The position numbers were made by a program, and so were the translations under genes. A stretch of DNA of 64,000 nt from Camelus ferus (Eukaryota): positions 57,042,001 through 57,106,000 of the forward strand of contig NC_045697.1 in NCBI RefSeq assembly GCF_009834535.1. Reading direction: 5' to 3'. The notes under the pieces are model-generated. The model was not told the DNA's origin. It saw nothing but the letters and a program-made list of their open reading frames with translations, and did not search any database. Positions 1 through 12,578 of the stretch are shown piece by piece. The number at the start of each line of letters is the position of its first letter. Position 1 is the first letter of the stretch.

Positions 1-989
1 TTTTAGCCATTCTTCCCAGCATCAATACTAATACATCTTTCTTTTTCTCCTATTGAATAGTAGTACAAATTATACCACATACTTATACCCCATGTTTTTT
101 TCTAATTAGTTATGCCAAGGATATATCTATATTACTAATCTTTTTGAAGACTTGGTTTCATTACATTTCTTTATTTTCTTGTCTTCTCTGTTTCACTTAT
201 TGCTGCCTTTTCCTTTAACATTGCTATCTTCCTATTTTAAATATCCTGAGATATTCTTTTTACAATTTTCTGAGTTGACTGCTCAGCTCATTAATTTATT
301 ATTTCATTTGATTCCTGTTAAGTTAATATAGTTATTTTATCTAAGTTCTGATTTTGTTTTATCTTATAAATTTATTTTTAAATAAACTATTGAAGCATAG
401 CATATCTAAAGAAAAATGAGGAGTCATTGGTGTATATTCCATGATGCTTTAGAGTGAAAATACTCTCATAACCATTCAACATATCAAAATATAAAATACT
501 ACCTGCACCTCAGAAACTTGGATCATGTCACTTCCTGCTCTCAAATTGTTCAAGTTTCTACCACTACGTATTACATTTGCTTGTTTTTGAACTTTTTATA
601 AAGAATGAATCATAAAAAAATTTTGTCATTTGCTCATTTTTTCTGAGAGATATAAACATATTGTTTATTGTTGTAACAGTTAGTCATTTTTATTTGTATA
701 AAATTGCAGTATAAAATGTATATAATTTATCTGTTCTATTCTTAATGGCCACTTAGGTTATTTCAGTACTGTAGGTCACAAGGTCTGCTTTCCTAACTAG
801 GGTCAATCATTATCCAAAGTAATTGCAGCAACTTACACCTCCATTTCACTCTAACAAGCACAATTATACTGCAACCTTTCTAACTCCTGGCTGATTTCTT
901 ATTTAATTATTTTTCTATGTCATATATCATTTAATTTATGCATGACATACATCATTTAAATTGTATTTATCCTATACATATCAATTATC

Positions 990-1029
<40 letters not shown>

Positions 1030-1530
1030 CACACATATATATAACCTTATATCTTATTTTGTGAAATACATTTAAAAAGTTTTCTGCCCATGATGGGCTA
1101 GGGGTGAGGGCATTCAATTGTTTTCACTTTCTTTTGTGGAAGTTCATTAAATATTCTGGTTTCAATATTTCTGTGAATGTATGTATTACAAATATAATTC
1201 CCTAACCAATGGCTTTCTTTTTTTATACTGTCATAGTATATTTGATGAACAAAAGTTTACAGTGCTGAGTAATCAAATTTATCATTCTTATTTTATATAG
1301 TTAGTGCTTTTTATAGTGGAAAGTAGATTTTCCTCATTTAAGTTATTAAGACATATTTCTATTTTATGTTTTAAATCTTCTATTGTTTATCTGCCTCACT
1401 TAGAGCTGCAATCATCCATAATTTTTTACACTAATGTTAAGTAAAGATTAGGTTCACTGATTTATTCCATAAGGTTAGTCAATGGACCTAGCACTATTTA
1501 ATAAAAATAGGATCATTTTCCTACTATCCC
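1..1530 (-). mobile_element. Ancient, fragmented antisense LINE-1 (L1ME/L1M-type ORF2 and 3' end pieces)
   Basis: T-rich blocks resemble the reverse complement of the L1 ORF2 3' part and 3' UTR (e.g. 'gttcattaaatattctgg', 'tttgatgaacaaaagttt', 'cctagcactatttaataaaa'). Boundaries are approximate. Confidence 0.55.
990..1042. repeat. Compound (GT)12/(AT)n microsatellite
   Basis: Read directly from the sequence. Confidence 0.95.
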
Positions 1531-2024
1531 CAAGAAAAAACCAAAATTTTCTCAAAAGAAAACCAACCATAAACAGTTAATATAATCATATTACCCTAAA
1601 AAATTTAACATTAATTTAAAAATAATGATTTCTTCTCTAGGACAATCTGAAGCATAGCTAATTGCACAAATAAACAACTAAAATATTTTATATGACATGA
1701 TATAAATAATAAGCATAAAAATCTATTTAGATTACATTTGGTACAGGTCAACAGACCATATGAAACTATATACAACTTTGTACTTATGATCAATATTACA
1801 ACATGAAATCAAAAATTTATTTTTCATTTTGTGAAGTTAACAAAGTTTCCATTAATCAAAGTTAGTTAAATATTTATTAGGGTTTCCTATTAGCCTCAGA
1901 GTTGACTCCATATCATATAGTCTTAGATCAATTAAATTTTTATACTTTAGCTTATACTTTTATTGCTTCGTCATACCATTTTAATTGCCCTTCCTTTCTA
2001 CCAATTTAACAAAGTATGGATGAG

Positions 2025-2204
2025 ACAAATAAAATAGCAAAGCAGTAGATTTAAACCTTACCATACACATAATCATATGAGATATAAAAAAAATTCCAAT
2101 TAAGATGCAGAAATTTCCAGATTAGATAAAAATGAAGACCCAATTATATGGAGACGATAAGAGATCCACTTTAACTATAAAAACAAAAATAGCCTAAAAG
2201 GATA
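2025..2204 (+). mobile_element. Old L1 ORF2 5' (endonuclease) fragment, ending where the next L1 begins
   Basis: 'gtagatttaaaccttacc...ccaattaagatgcag...gacccaattatatg...ccactttaactataaa' resembles the L1 ORF2 start region. Confidence 0.55.
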
Positions 2205-2669
2205 TTCTAGTTCTACATGTAAGGTGCTTAGAAGTTGATGCTATGCCCTAAGAACAAATAAAACGCCTATCAAACTGATAACACTTATCTTGTATCTGTA
2301 AAAGAAGTGAGGACACAGAACAAAGAGCTGTCCCCAAGAATGGACTAGGAATTGAATATAGGGAGTCATGGTTTGTTGAAGCAGAGACTCACAAGTAGAA
2401 ACCACCATGGAAACCAGCGTCAGGGAAAGAGAACCTGAAACATAACTGAACTATCAAAGGCTCAGAGCAGACAAATCTGAGAGCTACAATCTCCAGGGAT
2501 ATCCAGTCGTGGCAGCTTCCACAGTATTGTGAGATTTGCCTCTGGGAGCACAATAGATATCTCACAGTAAATATCTGAGAAAAATCTCCTCTTCCTTCTA
2601 ATAGGGAGAGGAGAAGAGGAATCATCTGGAAATACGCCACAGCACATTTTTTTTTTTTTTTTTTTTAAC

Positions 2670-2851
2670 AAGACCTGCCTTCAGGAGAAACTAGCTAAAC
2701 AGAACCTAATCTGCTTAGGTACTGTCAGAGCCTAACTGACCTGGGGGGAATATAAAACCCAAGACCTGCCTTCAGGAGAAACTAGCTAAACAGAACTTAA
2801 TCTGCTGAGGTACTGTCAGAGCCTAACTGACCTGGGGGGAATATAATACCC
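2670..2851 (+). repeat. 91-bp tandem duplication (2 copies, 3 mismatches) inside the L1 5' UTR
   Basis: 'aagacctgccttcaggagaaactagctaaacagaac...ggggggaatataa(a/t)accc' occurs at 2670-2760 and 2761-2851. Confidence 0.95.
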
Positions 2852-3953
2852 AACTCCAGATTTCTCTAGCAACCTAGGAGAGAAAAAAAAAAAAAACTGA
2901 GAAGTACTTATGATGCTCATAGTCTAGAGGAGTTACTCAGTAAAAGATTGAGACCTATTCATAGCATTATAGAATTTATCCTTTACCCTCACACCTTACC
3001 AACACATTACTAAAGTTCAATTTATGTAAGTTATTTTTACAAGTTACATTATGTCTGTCTATCAAGAAAATTATAGGTCATGCTAAAAGCAAAAAACACA
3101 ATTTGAAGAGACAGAACAGGTACCAGAATCAGATATAGCAGGGATATCAGAATTATCGAACCTAGAATTTAAAACAACTGTAATTAGCTTGTTAAGGGCT
3201 CTAATGAATAAAGTAGATAACATGCAATAACAGATTGACATTGTAAGCAGAGGGATTTAAATTGTAAGGAAAAAACACTGGAAATAAAAATCACTATAAC
3301 AGAAATAAAAATGCCTTTGATGGGCTTATCAATCGACTGGACACTTCTAAGGAAAGAACGCCTAAGACTGAGGATATCTCAATAGAATATACCAAGCTAA
3401 AAAAAATCAGAGAACAGAGAATGAAAAGACAGAACAGAAATTCCAAGGACTGTGGAACAAATAGGAAAGGTATAAAATACATGTAATGGGAATACCAGAA
3501 GGAGAAGAAAGAGCAAAAGTAACAGAAGAAATAAAACATCAATGACTGAGAATTTCCTGCAAATAAATATCAGACACCAAATCACAGACCCAGGGAGCTC
3601 AGAGAAAACTAAGATAAATGCCAAAAAAAAAAAATTATATGTAGGCATATCATTTTCAAAACAAAGGTAAAGAAAAACACCTGAAAAGGAGGGGAAACCA
3701 CATCTTACCTATAGAGGAACTAAGATAAGAATGACACTCAACTTCAATTCAGAAACCATGCAAGCAAGAACAGAGTGGAGTGAGATATTTAAAATCTAGA
3801 GACAAAAAACCCACCAACCTAGAATTTTTCTGTACACTGATAAATTATCCTTCAAAAGTTAAGAATAATTTAAGATTTTTCTAGCAAACAGAAATTAAGG
3901 AAATTTGTTGCCAGTAGACTTGTCTTTCAAGAAATATTAAAAGTCAATCTTTA

Positions 3954-4114
3954 TCTAACCTGCCACTCTATGTCTTTTGATAGGCACATTTAGTCTATTG
4001 ACATTTATGGTAATTATCGATAGATGTGCGTTTATTGTCATGAGTATATAAATGACTGAAATATTACTGTACACCAGAAATTGACATATTTTAACTGACC
4101 ATACTTCAATTTAA
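3954..4114 (+). mobile_element. Short 5'-inverted younger L1 insertion: antisense ORF2 start plus sense 3' terminus
   Basis: TSD aaaagtcaatcttta (3939-3953) / aaaagtgaatcctta (4115-4129). The minus strand 4041-3954 translates MTINAHLSIITINVNRLNVPIKRHRVAG*, the L1 ORF2 N-terminus. 4042-4114 resembles an L1 3' end ('ctgtacaccagaaattgaca...tacttcaat' plus A tail). Confidence 0.8.
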
Positions 4115-4592
4115 AAAAGTGAATCCTTAGAGAAAAGGAAAATAATATATCAGGAACAAGGGTCTACATAAAGTAAAGAAGGAAGAACTGAAGATAAAAT
4201 AAAAACTTTCATTTTTCTTATTTTCTTAATTTGTATAACAAGTAATAGTTTATTTAAAATAAAACCAACAATGCATTTGAATATGCTTGCTTTTGTATAT
4301 GTCTCATGTTATATGTACATGCTTATGCATGTTTACATATAAGGGAAACTATGAAAGCAAAGGTCCAAGGGATGGGAGGAGGAATAGGATTACTTTGTTA
4401 TTCCAAGGCACTCACATTGTCTGTGAAATGGTATAATATTAGTTTAAAGTGGATTTGGATTAATTGTATATTGCCAACACTAGAGCAACCACTTAAAAAT
4501 GAAAAAAAAAAAAAAAAAGAACTATGACTTATATCCTAAGAAAGGTGAGAAAATTGAATCATTAAAAGTTCAATTAAAACCACAAAAGGCAG

Positions 4593-4707
4593 GCTCAGGG
4601 ATGTATTGTACAACATGAGGATATCACCAATATTTTGTAATAACTATAAATGGAAAATAACCATTAAAATTGTATAAAAATAATTTTTTAAATTAAAAAT
4701 AAGTAAA
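4593..4707 (+). mobile_element. 5'-truncated L1 3' end (artiodactyl L1_Art-like) nested in the older L1
   Basis: TSD taaaaccacaaaaggcag (4575-4592) / taaaaccccaaaagacag (4708-4725). Body is 'gatgtattgtacaacatgagg...ccaatattttgtaataactataaatgg' with an A-rich tail. The paralogous L1 at ~32780 lacks it. Confidence 0.8.
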
Positions 4708-7074
4708 TAAAACCCCAAAAGACAGAAAAACATCTAGAAGACAAAAATAAGACCAAAGAACAAGGAAAACAAACAGAAAATAGTAACAAATAAAGTAGAT
4801 ATTAATCCAACAGTGTAGATAATCATTCTGAATGTCAATGGCCTAAAACAGAAAAGATCATCAGAGTAGATTAAAAAAATACCCACCTACGTGTTGTGCA
4901 TAAGAAACATATTAAATATAAAGACATACACACATTAAAAGTAAATGGAGAAATAGGTACATGCTAAGACTTTTATCAAAAGAAAACAGGATTATTTCTA
5001 TTAGCTTCAAATAAAATAGACTTAAAAGCAAGGAATCCAGCTATCAGGGAAAGAGAAAGACATTACATAATGATAAAGGGGGATTCTCCAAGAAGAAATA
5101 CCAATTCTTAATGTGTGTACACTTAACAGAGCTTAAAACTACATGGGGTGAAAACTGACAGAACTGCAAGGAGAAATAGATAAATCCATGGACACAGTTG
5201 GACACTTCAACACCTCTCTCTCAGAAATGGACAGATTGAACAGGCAGAAAAACAGTAAGGACAGTTTAAATAGCCAACAATATTAATCAACTTCACATAG
5301 TTGACATCTATAGACTACTTCATCCAACAACCAAAGAATAAGCATTCTTCTCAAGCTCATGGAACATTCAGCAAGATAGACTGTTTTATGGGCCATAAAA
5401 CATACAACAAATTTAAAAGAATATAAAATCATGCAATGTTAACTCTTAGACAATAATGATGTTAAAATAAAAATCAGTAACAGAAAGACAACTGGGAAAA
5501 CCCAAAATACATGGAGATTAAATATACTTCTAAGTAACGCATGGGTCAAAAACTAAACCTCAAGATAAATTTTTTAAAAAATTTAACAAAATGAAAATGA
5601 AGACGCAACTTACCAAAATTTATAAGATGCAGGAAAAGTAGTGTTTAGAGGGAAATTTATAGCATTGAATGTCTATATTAGAAAAGTTGAAAGATCTAAA
5701 ATCAATAATCTAAGTGTTCATCTTAAGAGACTAGAAATGGAAGTGTAAATTAAATCCAAGGCAAGCATAAGAAAAGAAATATGAAAAATTAGAGCAGAAA
5801 TCAATGAAATTAAACACAGGAAATCAACAGAGGCTATCAATGAAACCAAAAGTTCAACTTGGAAAGACAAATACAATCAATAAGCCTCCACCAGGTTAGA
5901 CAAGGAAAAAACAGTGAGTACACAATTATTACCATCAGAAATGCAAAGGACATCCCTAAAGGCCACATGGCCATTAAAAGAGTAATAAAATGCTATCAAT
6001 AACTCAATGCCCAATTTGGTAACCTAGATGAAATGGACCAATTCTTTGAAAGACATAATTTGCCAAAACTCATACAAGAAAAAAATAAGTGCTATAAATA
6101 GGTCTATATCTATTAAATGAATTAATAAGTAACAATCTTCCAAAACAAAAAGCACAGGGCCCAGATGGGTTTGCTGGTGAAGTCCACCAAACATTTAAGA
6201 AAGAATTTATACCAATTCTCTACAATCTCTTTCAAAGGATAGAAGCAGACTGTTTACATTTAGTATAACTACTGATACATTTTGATATAAATTCCTGATT
6301 GATCTTTATCAGCCATCTTAGTATTAGAAAAGTCTCTCTTAAAGTTCAAGTGTAGTAGTGAAATCAATATTTAAAATTTTAACATAAATTTATAGCCAGT
6401 TGTTATATATGTATAAATATTAGAAACTTATTCATATGAATTTACATGTGACATTGTTTGTAAATATATAATTTTCTCAATTTTTAGTATGTAATTCAGA
6501 CATCTGAGAAGTTTGCTAAAGATAGATATAATAGTATCGTGATTCAATACACCTTATCACAATATAATTTGGTGAGGATTCAATGTTTGTATTCTTAAGA
6601 ACTTCAGCTGATGATTCTAAGTAATGCCAGAAAATGAGTTCCATTACATCAGTAGATTGTTGAGCTTTTGTTTTTTTTTTTTTTTTTTGAGGATTTCATG
6701 AGAATCTTGGATATAAACTGTCAAAAATACATTCAGGATTTCTAAACCTTTGATTTGCATTTTATATGTTTAGTTTCAAAGTCTATTTTGCCTCACCATT
6801 AGTGAGTTATTTCCCAATCTAGTCATAGTATTTATCTGATTTATCAAGATGACTCTTAACATTATTTTAAATTTTAGCAATCAGTATTGTTGAGATCATA
6901 AGTGCATCAGGCAAATATTGAAACAATTTTGTGGTGGTATTATGTAAACCAAATAAAGCCACATTCTGAGTTTCTGGGAATTAGGACTTCAATATATGAG
7001 TTTTAGGGTAACAATTCAACTCCTAATTGTTTCCTTTGTTATATTTTCATTTGATAATGAACTTCCAATCTTGG

Positions 7075-7350
7075 TCATTGGTGTGTTCCATATAGTGGAT
7101 ATTCTCCCTCATCCATTCCACCCTTTTCCTGGGTGCCCTTCACTGCAGAGTCTGGAAAGCTTTAAGTACCTCTTGCAGGTTGGATTCTAAATGTATATTA
7201 AATTCTTGCAAGCAGATGCACTCACATGAGTTTGTGAGATGGAAGTGAGTCCTAGATGGCTTTGTTGTTGCTTGTTTATTTTTGCTTGCTTACTGTTTGC
7301 CTTTCCTGTCAATCACTAGCTTCATGGATGTCAAGGGATAGTTGCAACAG
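7075..7350. mobile_element. Old ERVL LTR fragment (LTR33-like)
   Basis: 'gcagatgcactcacatgagtttgtgagatggaagtgag' and upstream sequence resemble LTR33 as I recall it. Confidence 0.5.
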
Positions 7351-10300
7351 CCATCAGGAGGTTATAAATTGATCTAATTTAAACATTTAAAATTTACTTG
7401 TTAGAAATTTTGATTTGTTTTCAAACATTTTAAGTTATATGCAAATTCCATTTTGGAAATTAATTATCTGAGTTATATGCTAACTACTATTCTCTCACTT
7501 GAGTTTCCATTTAAGTATATTTGGTTGTTCTTTATAATTTTAAAGCATCCTAAGATACACTTAATCATTATCTCTCCCCAAAAATATGTTGCTTATAAAT
7601 TTAGTTCCATGAGATTCTCTGGGAAAAATATTTTTATGTTCATTAAATTTTAGAAATATGAAAGAATCATAATGCACATTAAATACTGCTGCCGAATCAA
7701 GCAGGAAAAAGTAAATGCATTTAAGCTTGTTTCATACAGTATTTTCTAAATTTACCAAGAAACAAAAACAATCTGTAATACCATACATGAAACATTCAAT
7801 ACAGCTAATCAACCATGAAACCCATTTTGGAAAATGTACTAGGTTATCTTTCCCTTGTTGATATGGCCATATTATCTATTTTTTTGAATTATTCAGACTA
7901 TACAGAAAGATCCTTTGTTCTCAATGTTTATTAGATGATGTCATTAAGAAAACAGGCTATATTTCATCACAACTCAAGATACTAACATTTTTCATATTGG
8001 TGAAAACAATGTGCTTATTACTTTTAATACGTAAATGTTAGTTTCTCAAAGTTGCCATTTTGACCCCTGATAATTAGACGATGTAAACAGAAAATTAAAA
8101 GATATGTTCTGAATAGGTTGTTTAGCTTATCAATAAGTGAATATTAATTTCGTATATTTTTCTTGCATACTTCAAAGCCATATTTGCTATCCATATATTA
8201 AACTGAGTAAATATATTTAAAATATAAAAAATGAACACAAATCCAGTTTGTATATACAAAAATATAATGAAAATAAAGTATATTTAAAATTCAATTAAAT
8301 TTTATCCAAATCAAAATCTTACCTAGGTGGGTAGTCAATTTGTTTAAAAATTAATGGCTGTTTTAGAAAAGCATACGTTTAAACAGCAAAATGTAGGTGG
8401 GAATATTAATGAGAGTGATCTCATTTTCACATTGTAAAGCTAGAAAAAAATTGCATTTTATTTTCAGATCTTGGAACATACTGATCTCTTTAAGTCTGCT
8501 TTTTACAGGAGGGGGTGTAGTTAGAGGGAAAAGGAAGGTCAGGATGAACAGTAAATGAGGCTGTCAGTGCTAAGCTGCATCAATGAAGAAAATGCCACGG
8601 GACATTATTCAACTAATCAGGGATAACATGAATGTTCTCATTCTGTCAGAAAATATCTACAAAAAGACCTCTCCTTGTAGGATACAACAGCTTGGCCATT
8701 ATTTATGTATAGATAAGGAATTTTTTTTATTGTGTTTTTTCTTTCTCACTGATGCATCCTTACAGCTTTTTTTATCATCTAGTATTCTTTATGACTTAAA
8801 CATTTTGAATAAAATATTAATAGAAATTACAAAAGCATATATTTTATTGCATAGCCTTTTTTCAAAAATAGGTTTTGATATTAGATTTTTAAGGCAATAG
8901 GATGACATAAAACTTACAATTTCAGTGAGTTTATAAAGCAAACGTAAGTATATACTATTGCCAAGCCTTACTGGCAAAACTACCCAAACTTAGCATCAAT
9001 TTAAAATTATGTCATGGGAGAACATGTAAATCCAACATATTTTAGCTTATGGTAAAAGCATCAGTTTTACACAGTTGATGTATAATATTAAGGCAATAAA
9101 GTTCCCAATATTTGCATCATATTATGAAATAGCCTTTTCTCTACAGTGTAGGCTAAAAAGCTTTGTTCAATTGTTAAACAGGACTTTTTAAAATTAAAAA
9201 CAAAGTAGATTTAGAGGGGATTTCTTAAACTTTTCACTGTTACTCTTTAATCTTGAAAGATAAGAAAAATGTAAAAGTAGGTGTCACACTCTGAATAAAA
9301 ATTCCCTTACTGAATATTGCTATATTTCTCTTTGCATATATTAAACATGTTTTATTTAAAACACATGGTAAGATCATGTACACTGGTCATCAAATGAAAT
9401 CACAATGAAATGAGAGGAATTTATTATTTTTAATTTTTAATTATTTTTAATGAAGAATTAGGATAAAATTTTCTTTGTGTAATACAAGTTAAATGTGTAA
9501 GAGTCATAGTGATAGTATTAGAATGGAAGAGCCCTGTGACCAGAAGTCATTTTTCTATTGTTAATATTTATATTATATCCTTAGTATCTATATTTAAAAT
9601 AGTGTCTGAAAGAGAGTATCAGTAAAAAAATGTGTTGATTGGAATTGTTGCTGAATGAAAGAATTTTCACATATAATGCATGTGAAATAAAACTGGCTGG
9701 AAAAAATGTAAATTAAAAAAAAATCACATATGTGCCCAATATGGTCATTAATTTTTTCCTTAATTTCTACTACTTTTTTATTGTAATGTTATTCTTAATA
9801 GTGATAAAATTTGCTGTATATTTAATCATTCTGTAAATATTTTAAATGGTTATATTTCAATATGTTAATCCATATTTTATATATATTCACACAATATTAA
9901 TTTTAATATTTTGTGTTTCTTGGATAATATCTTTAAATTGAGGTAAAACCTTGCATTTTATGTCTTTTAATTAAAAACATTCTAGCCATTATTTCAAAAG
10001 CCAAAATTACACAATAAACCCTTACTTTAACAATCTGATTACTTTTTTCAAAAATACTTTTAATTCAAATATAGGATTAGGATTTTATTTTATTTACATA
10101 TTTTGCAATTATAAACCCAGTAAAATCAGAAACATGTATACAGTTAGAAATGATTTAAAATTAAAATGAAAAAGTCATCATTGGAAAATAAGTGTGATTT
10201 CTTTGATATTATATAAGCATATCAACTCTACACTAAAAAGCTTTACTTACTGGCACTTGCCAACAACAAAAAATCGCAAAATATATTTTTCCTATAATAT

Positions 10301-10699
10301 ATACTCTTAAGTTCATTATCTGAATGACAATAATGATATTTATAAACTTGTTAAATGATATTTATAATTTCATAATATTGATGTCTTCAATTTTTTCTTC
10401 TATAATTTTCTAACAAATTCTCTAACTTTATAATACAATGCTGTCTGTTTATCTTCTGTTTGGCATCTGTTTGCAACAGCAGTACTAAAATAACATTATT
10501 ATATGAATTTAACACTGTTTATCATATGGAAACTTACTTACTCTTAAGGCTTTAACCAATATCTCACTGAACATTTCTAATTCAGGTTATTATCACATAA
10601 TCTCTTAAATATTATTTCTTTGTAGCCAGTTTCCAAACTTGTAGCCTCACCATCTTCCAAATGATGAAACACATAAGGTACCCACAAAAGTTTCTTTTT

Positions 10700-10940
10700 C
10701 CTGAACCATGGTATAGTAGTATTTTACTTGGGAAAAAGCAGACCAGAGTTTAAGCTCTGGCTTCTAGCCTTTCAACTTTGGGTCAATTATGAAAACTCTT
10801 TAAACCCATGATTTCTAATCTTCAACATAAATTAATTACTGCTGTTTCATAGGAGTTTATTAAATATTAAATAAGATGATATGTGAAAAATACTTATTAA
10901 AATGTTTGGCATACTAAATTCATTTAGTAGTATTGGTGCC
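10700..10940 (+). mobile_element. MIR SINE, degraded
   Basis: 'gaccagagtttaagctctggcttct...tttcataggagtttattaaatattaaataagatgatatgtgaaaaatactta' resembles the MIR core and 3' part. Confidence 0.6.
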
Positions 10941-11924
10941 AATATTTCTGCAGGACTGTAGTTTTTTTGGCTATCAAGTATTAAAAACAAATTCTAAGGG
11001 CTTCCATTTTAATGAAACATATTTAATTTTTAAATAATAACCATTTTGTTCAAGAACCTATACTCCAAAAAAATTAAACCATGTTTCATTTTTGGCAATC
11101 TCAAGCATTGCCGCTTTAGTGCATTCATGACCTAATACAATTGAAATCCTACCTTATCTTAAAATTGAGAATAAAACATTTAGCTTTAAACTTCAGTGTC
11201 TATCCAATTAGATTTAATCACCTTTTTTTATCTGTGTTCTGCAATATTTTGTCTATACCTCTTATATTTATTTGGAAGAACTATATTAAGCAACATGCCA
11301 CTGGACAGAGAAAAGTTTTCTTTCACATGCACGTTTATATTATTGAATGAGATCTTCTGGTTCAAGAGAGACATTCAGAGAATAATTAGGGAGCCACATG
11401 GTGTAAACCTACTTAGCTCAATTAAATTAATTGTTCAATAGAGCAACATAGGCCTAAATTCATCACATTCAAAGTCAAGTTATTTTATATTTTTGTCACC
11501 TACTATATTAAATTTCACTAGAAATGCCACTACCTGAATACGTTTTATCTCTTATATTATTATAAGCTGTTTAAGAACAGGACATTTTCTTATTAATTTT
11601 GCACACTTTATATTGCCTCCCAAACTGAAGTCTTTTAAAAATCTTTGTTCATTAGTAAGTAAATAACAAAAATACGTTGAAAATGGTTCAAATTAAAAAC
11701 ATAATGGGAGACAAGTGTTACTTAACATAACACTAAAAGGATAAATATCTGGACATAAAATTGTGACAATTTCTTTTGAAACATAAATGAGAAAACTTCC
11801 AAAGATACACAAAATAGATGTGAACAAATTTTAAAAATTACTCAACTTTTTAATAAAAGACTCAGTTATCAGAAAAACATGTTAATCCTCCCAAATATCA
11901 CTGTATATACTTATAAATTATTTT

Positions 11925-12246
11925 CTGCTCTCTCTGGAAAAAGACTACTACATCCCACCCATTGCCATGGGACTTGATGCTACACTGAGGAAGAAGTATA
12001 CTTCCACACCTCATTAAGGTAGGCATGGCCATCTTTGGTTACTGGCTTTAGCCAAAAAAAGTTAAAAAAAAAAAAAAAGTGAGCTATGCTATTTGCAGCA
12101 GAAACTTTAAAAGCTTTTCCTTGGTTTTACAATGCACTTTTCTTCTGCTTCACAAATGAGATAGAAATTTTATTCCTTTAATGTGGTTGCAGAATAAGTA
12201 ACAGATGGAACATAAAGTATGTACTATGTGGGTGAGACTTGAGGAC
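11925..12246 (+). mobile_element. Old MaLR LTR (MLT1 H/I/J-type), interrupted by MLT1A
   Basis: 'aagtatacttccacacctcattaaggtaggcatggccat...tggctttagccaa' is an MLT1-type signature. Confidence 0.5.
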
Positions 12247-12578
12247 TGTTAGACTGAACGTGTCATTCCTTAAATTCATATGCTAAAATCTAACCCCCAA
12301 TGTGATGGTATATGGAGGTGGGTATTTGGGATATAATTAGGTCAAGAGAGGAGAGCCCTCATGAAAAAAATTAGTGCCCACCAAAGAAGAGGCCAGTGAG
12401 CTACTCTCTCTATAGGATACAAAAAGAAGTGGCAGTCTGCAGGTAGGAAGTGGGCTCGTCAAACATCAGATCTGCCAGCACCTTGATGGGATTTCCCAGA
12501 CTCCAGAACTATGAGAAAGAAATGTTTGCTGTTTAAGCCCAACTACGGTAATTTATTATAGCAACCTGAACTAAGACA
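12247..12578 (+). mobile_element. MLT1A/MLT1A0-like MaLR 5' LTR
   Basis: Starts 'tgttagactgaacgtgtc', contains 'aatctaacccccaatgtgatggta' and 'tctgccagcaccttgat', ends 'gcaacctgaactaagaca'. Confidence 0.9.

Larger units (their letters stand above)
2205..6249 (+). mobile_element. Decayed L1 (L1MC/L1M4-type): 5' UTR, ORF1, inter-ORF and 5' part of ORF2
   Basis: ORF1-like sequence at ~3150-3940 ('cagaaaccatgcaagcaagaacagagtggagtgagatattt', 'aaattatccttcaaa'). ORF2-like sequence at ~4790-6249 ('aacctagatgaaatggaccaattc', 'gggcccagatgggtttgctggtgaa'). It is colinear with the second copy starting at 31307. No intact ORF remains. Confidence 0.9.

Noticed and set aside
8323..8439. Minus-strand 117-bp segment with a good acceptor and ag|gtaaga donor
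   Set aside because: All three frames contain stops and nothing else supports it, so it is likely a pseudo-exon.
8583..8900. 105-aa ORF
   Set aside because: It has the low-complexity F/L/I/K composition typical of AT-rich chance ORFs and no recognisable domain.
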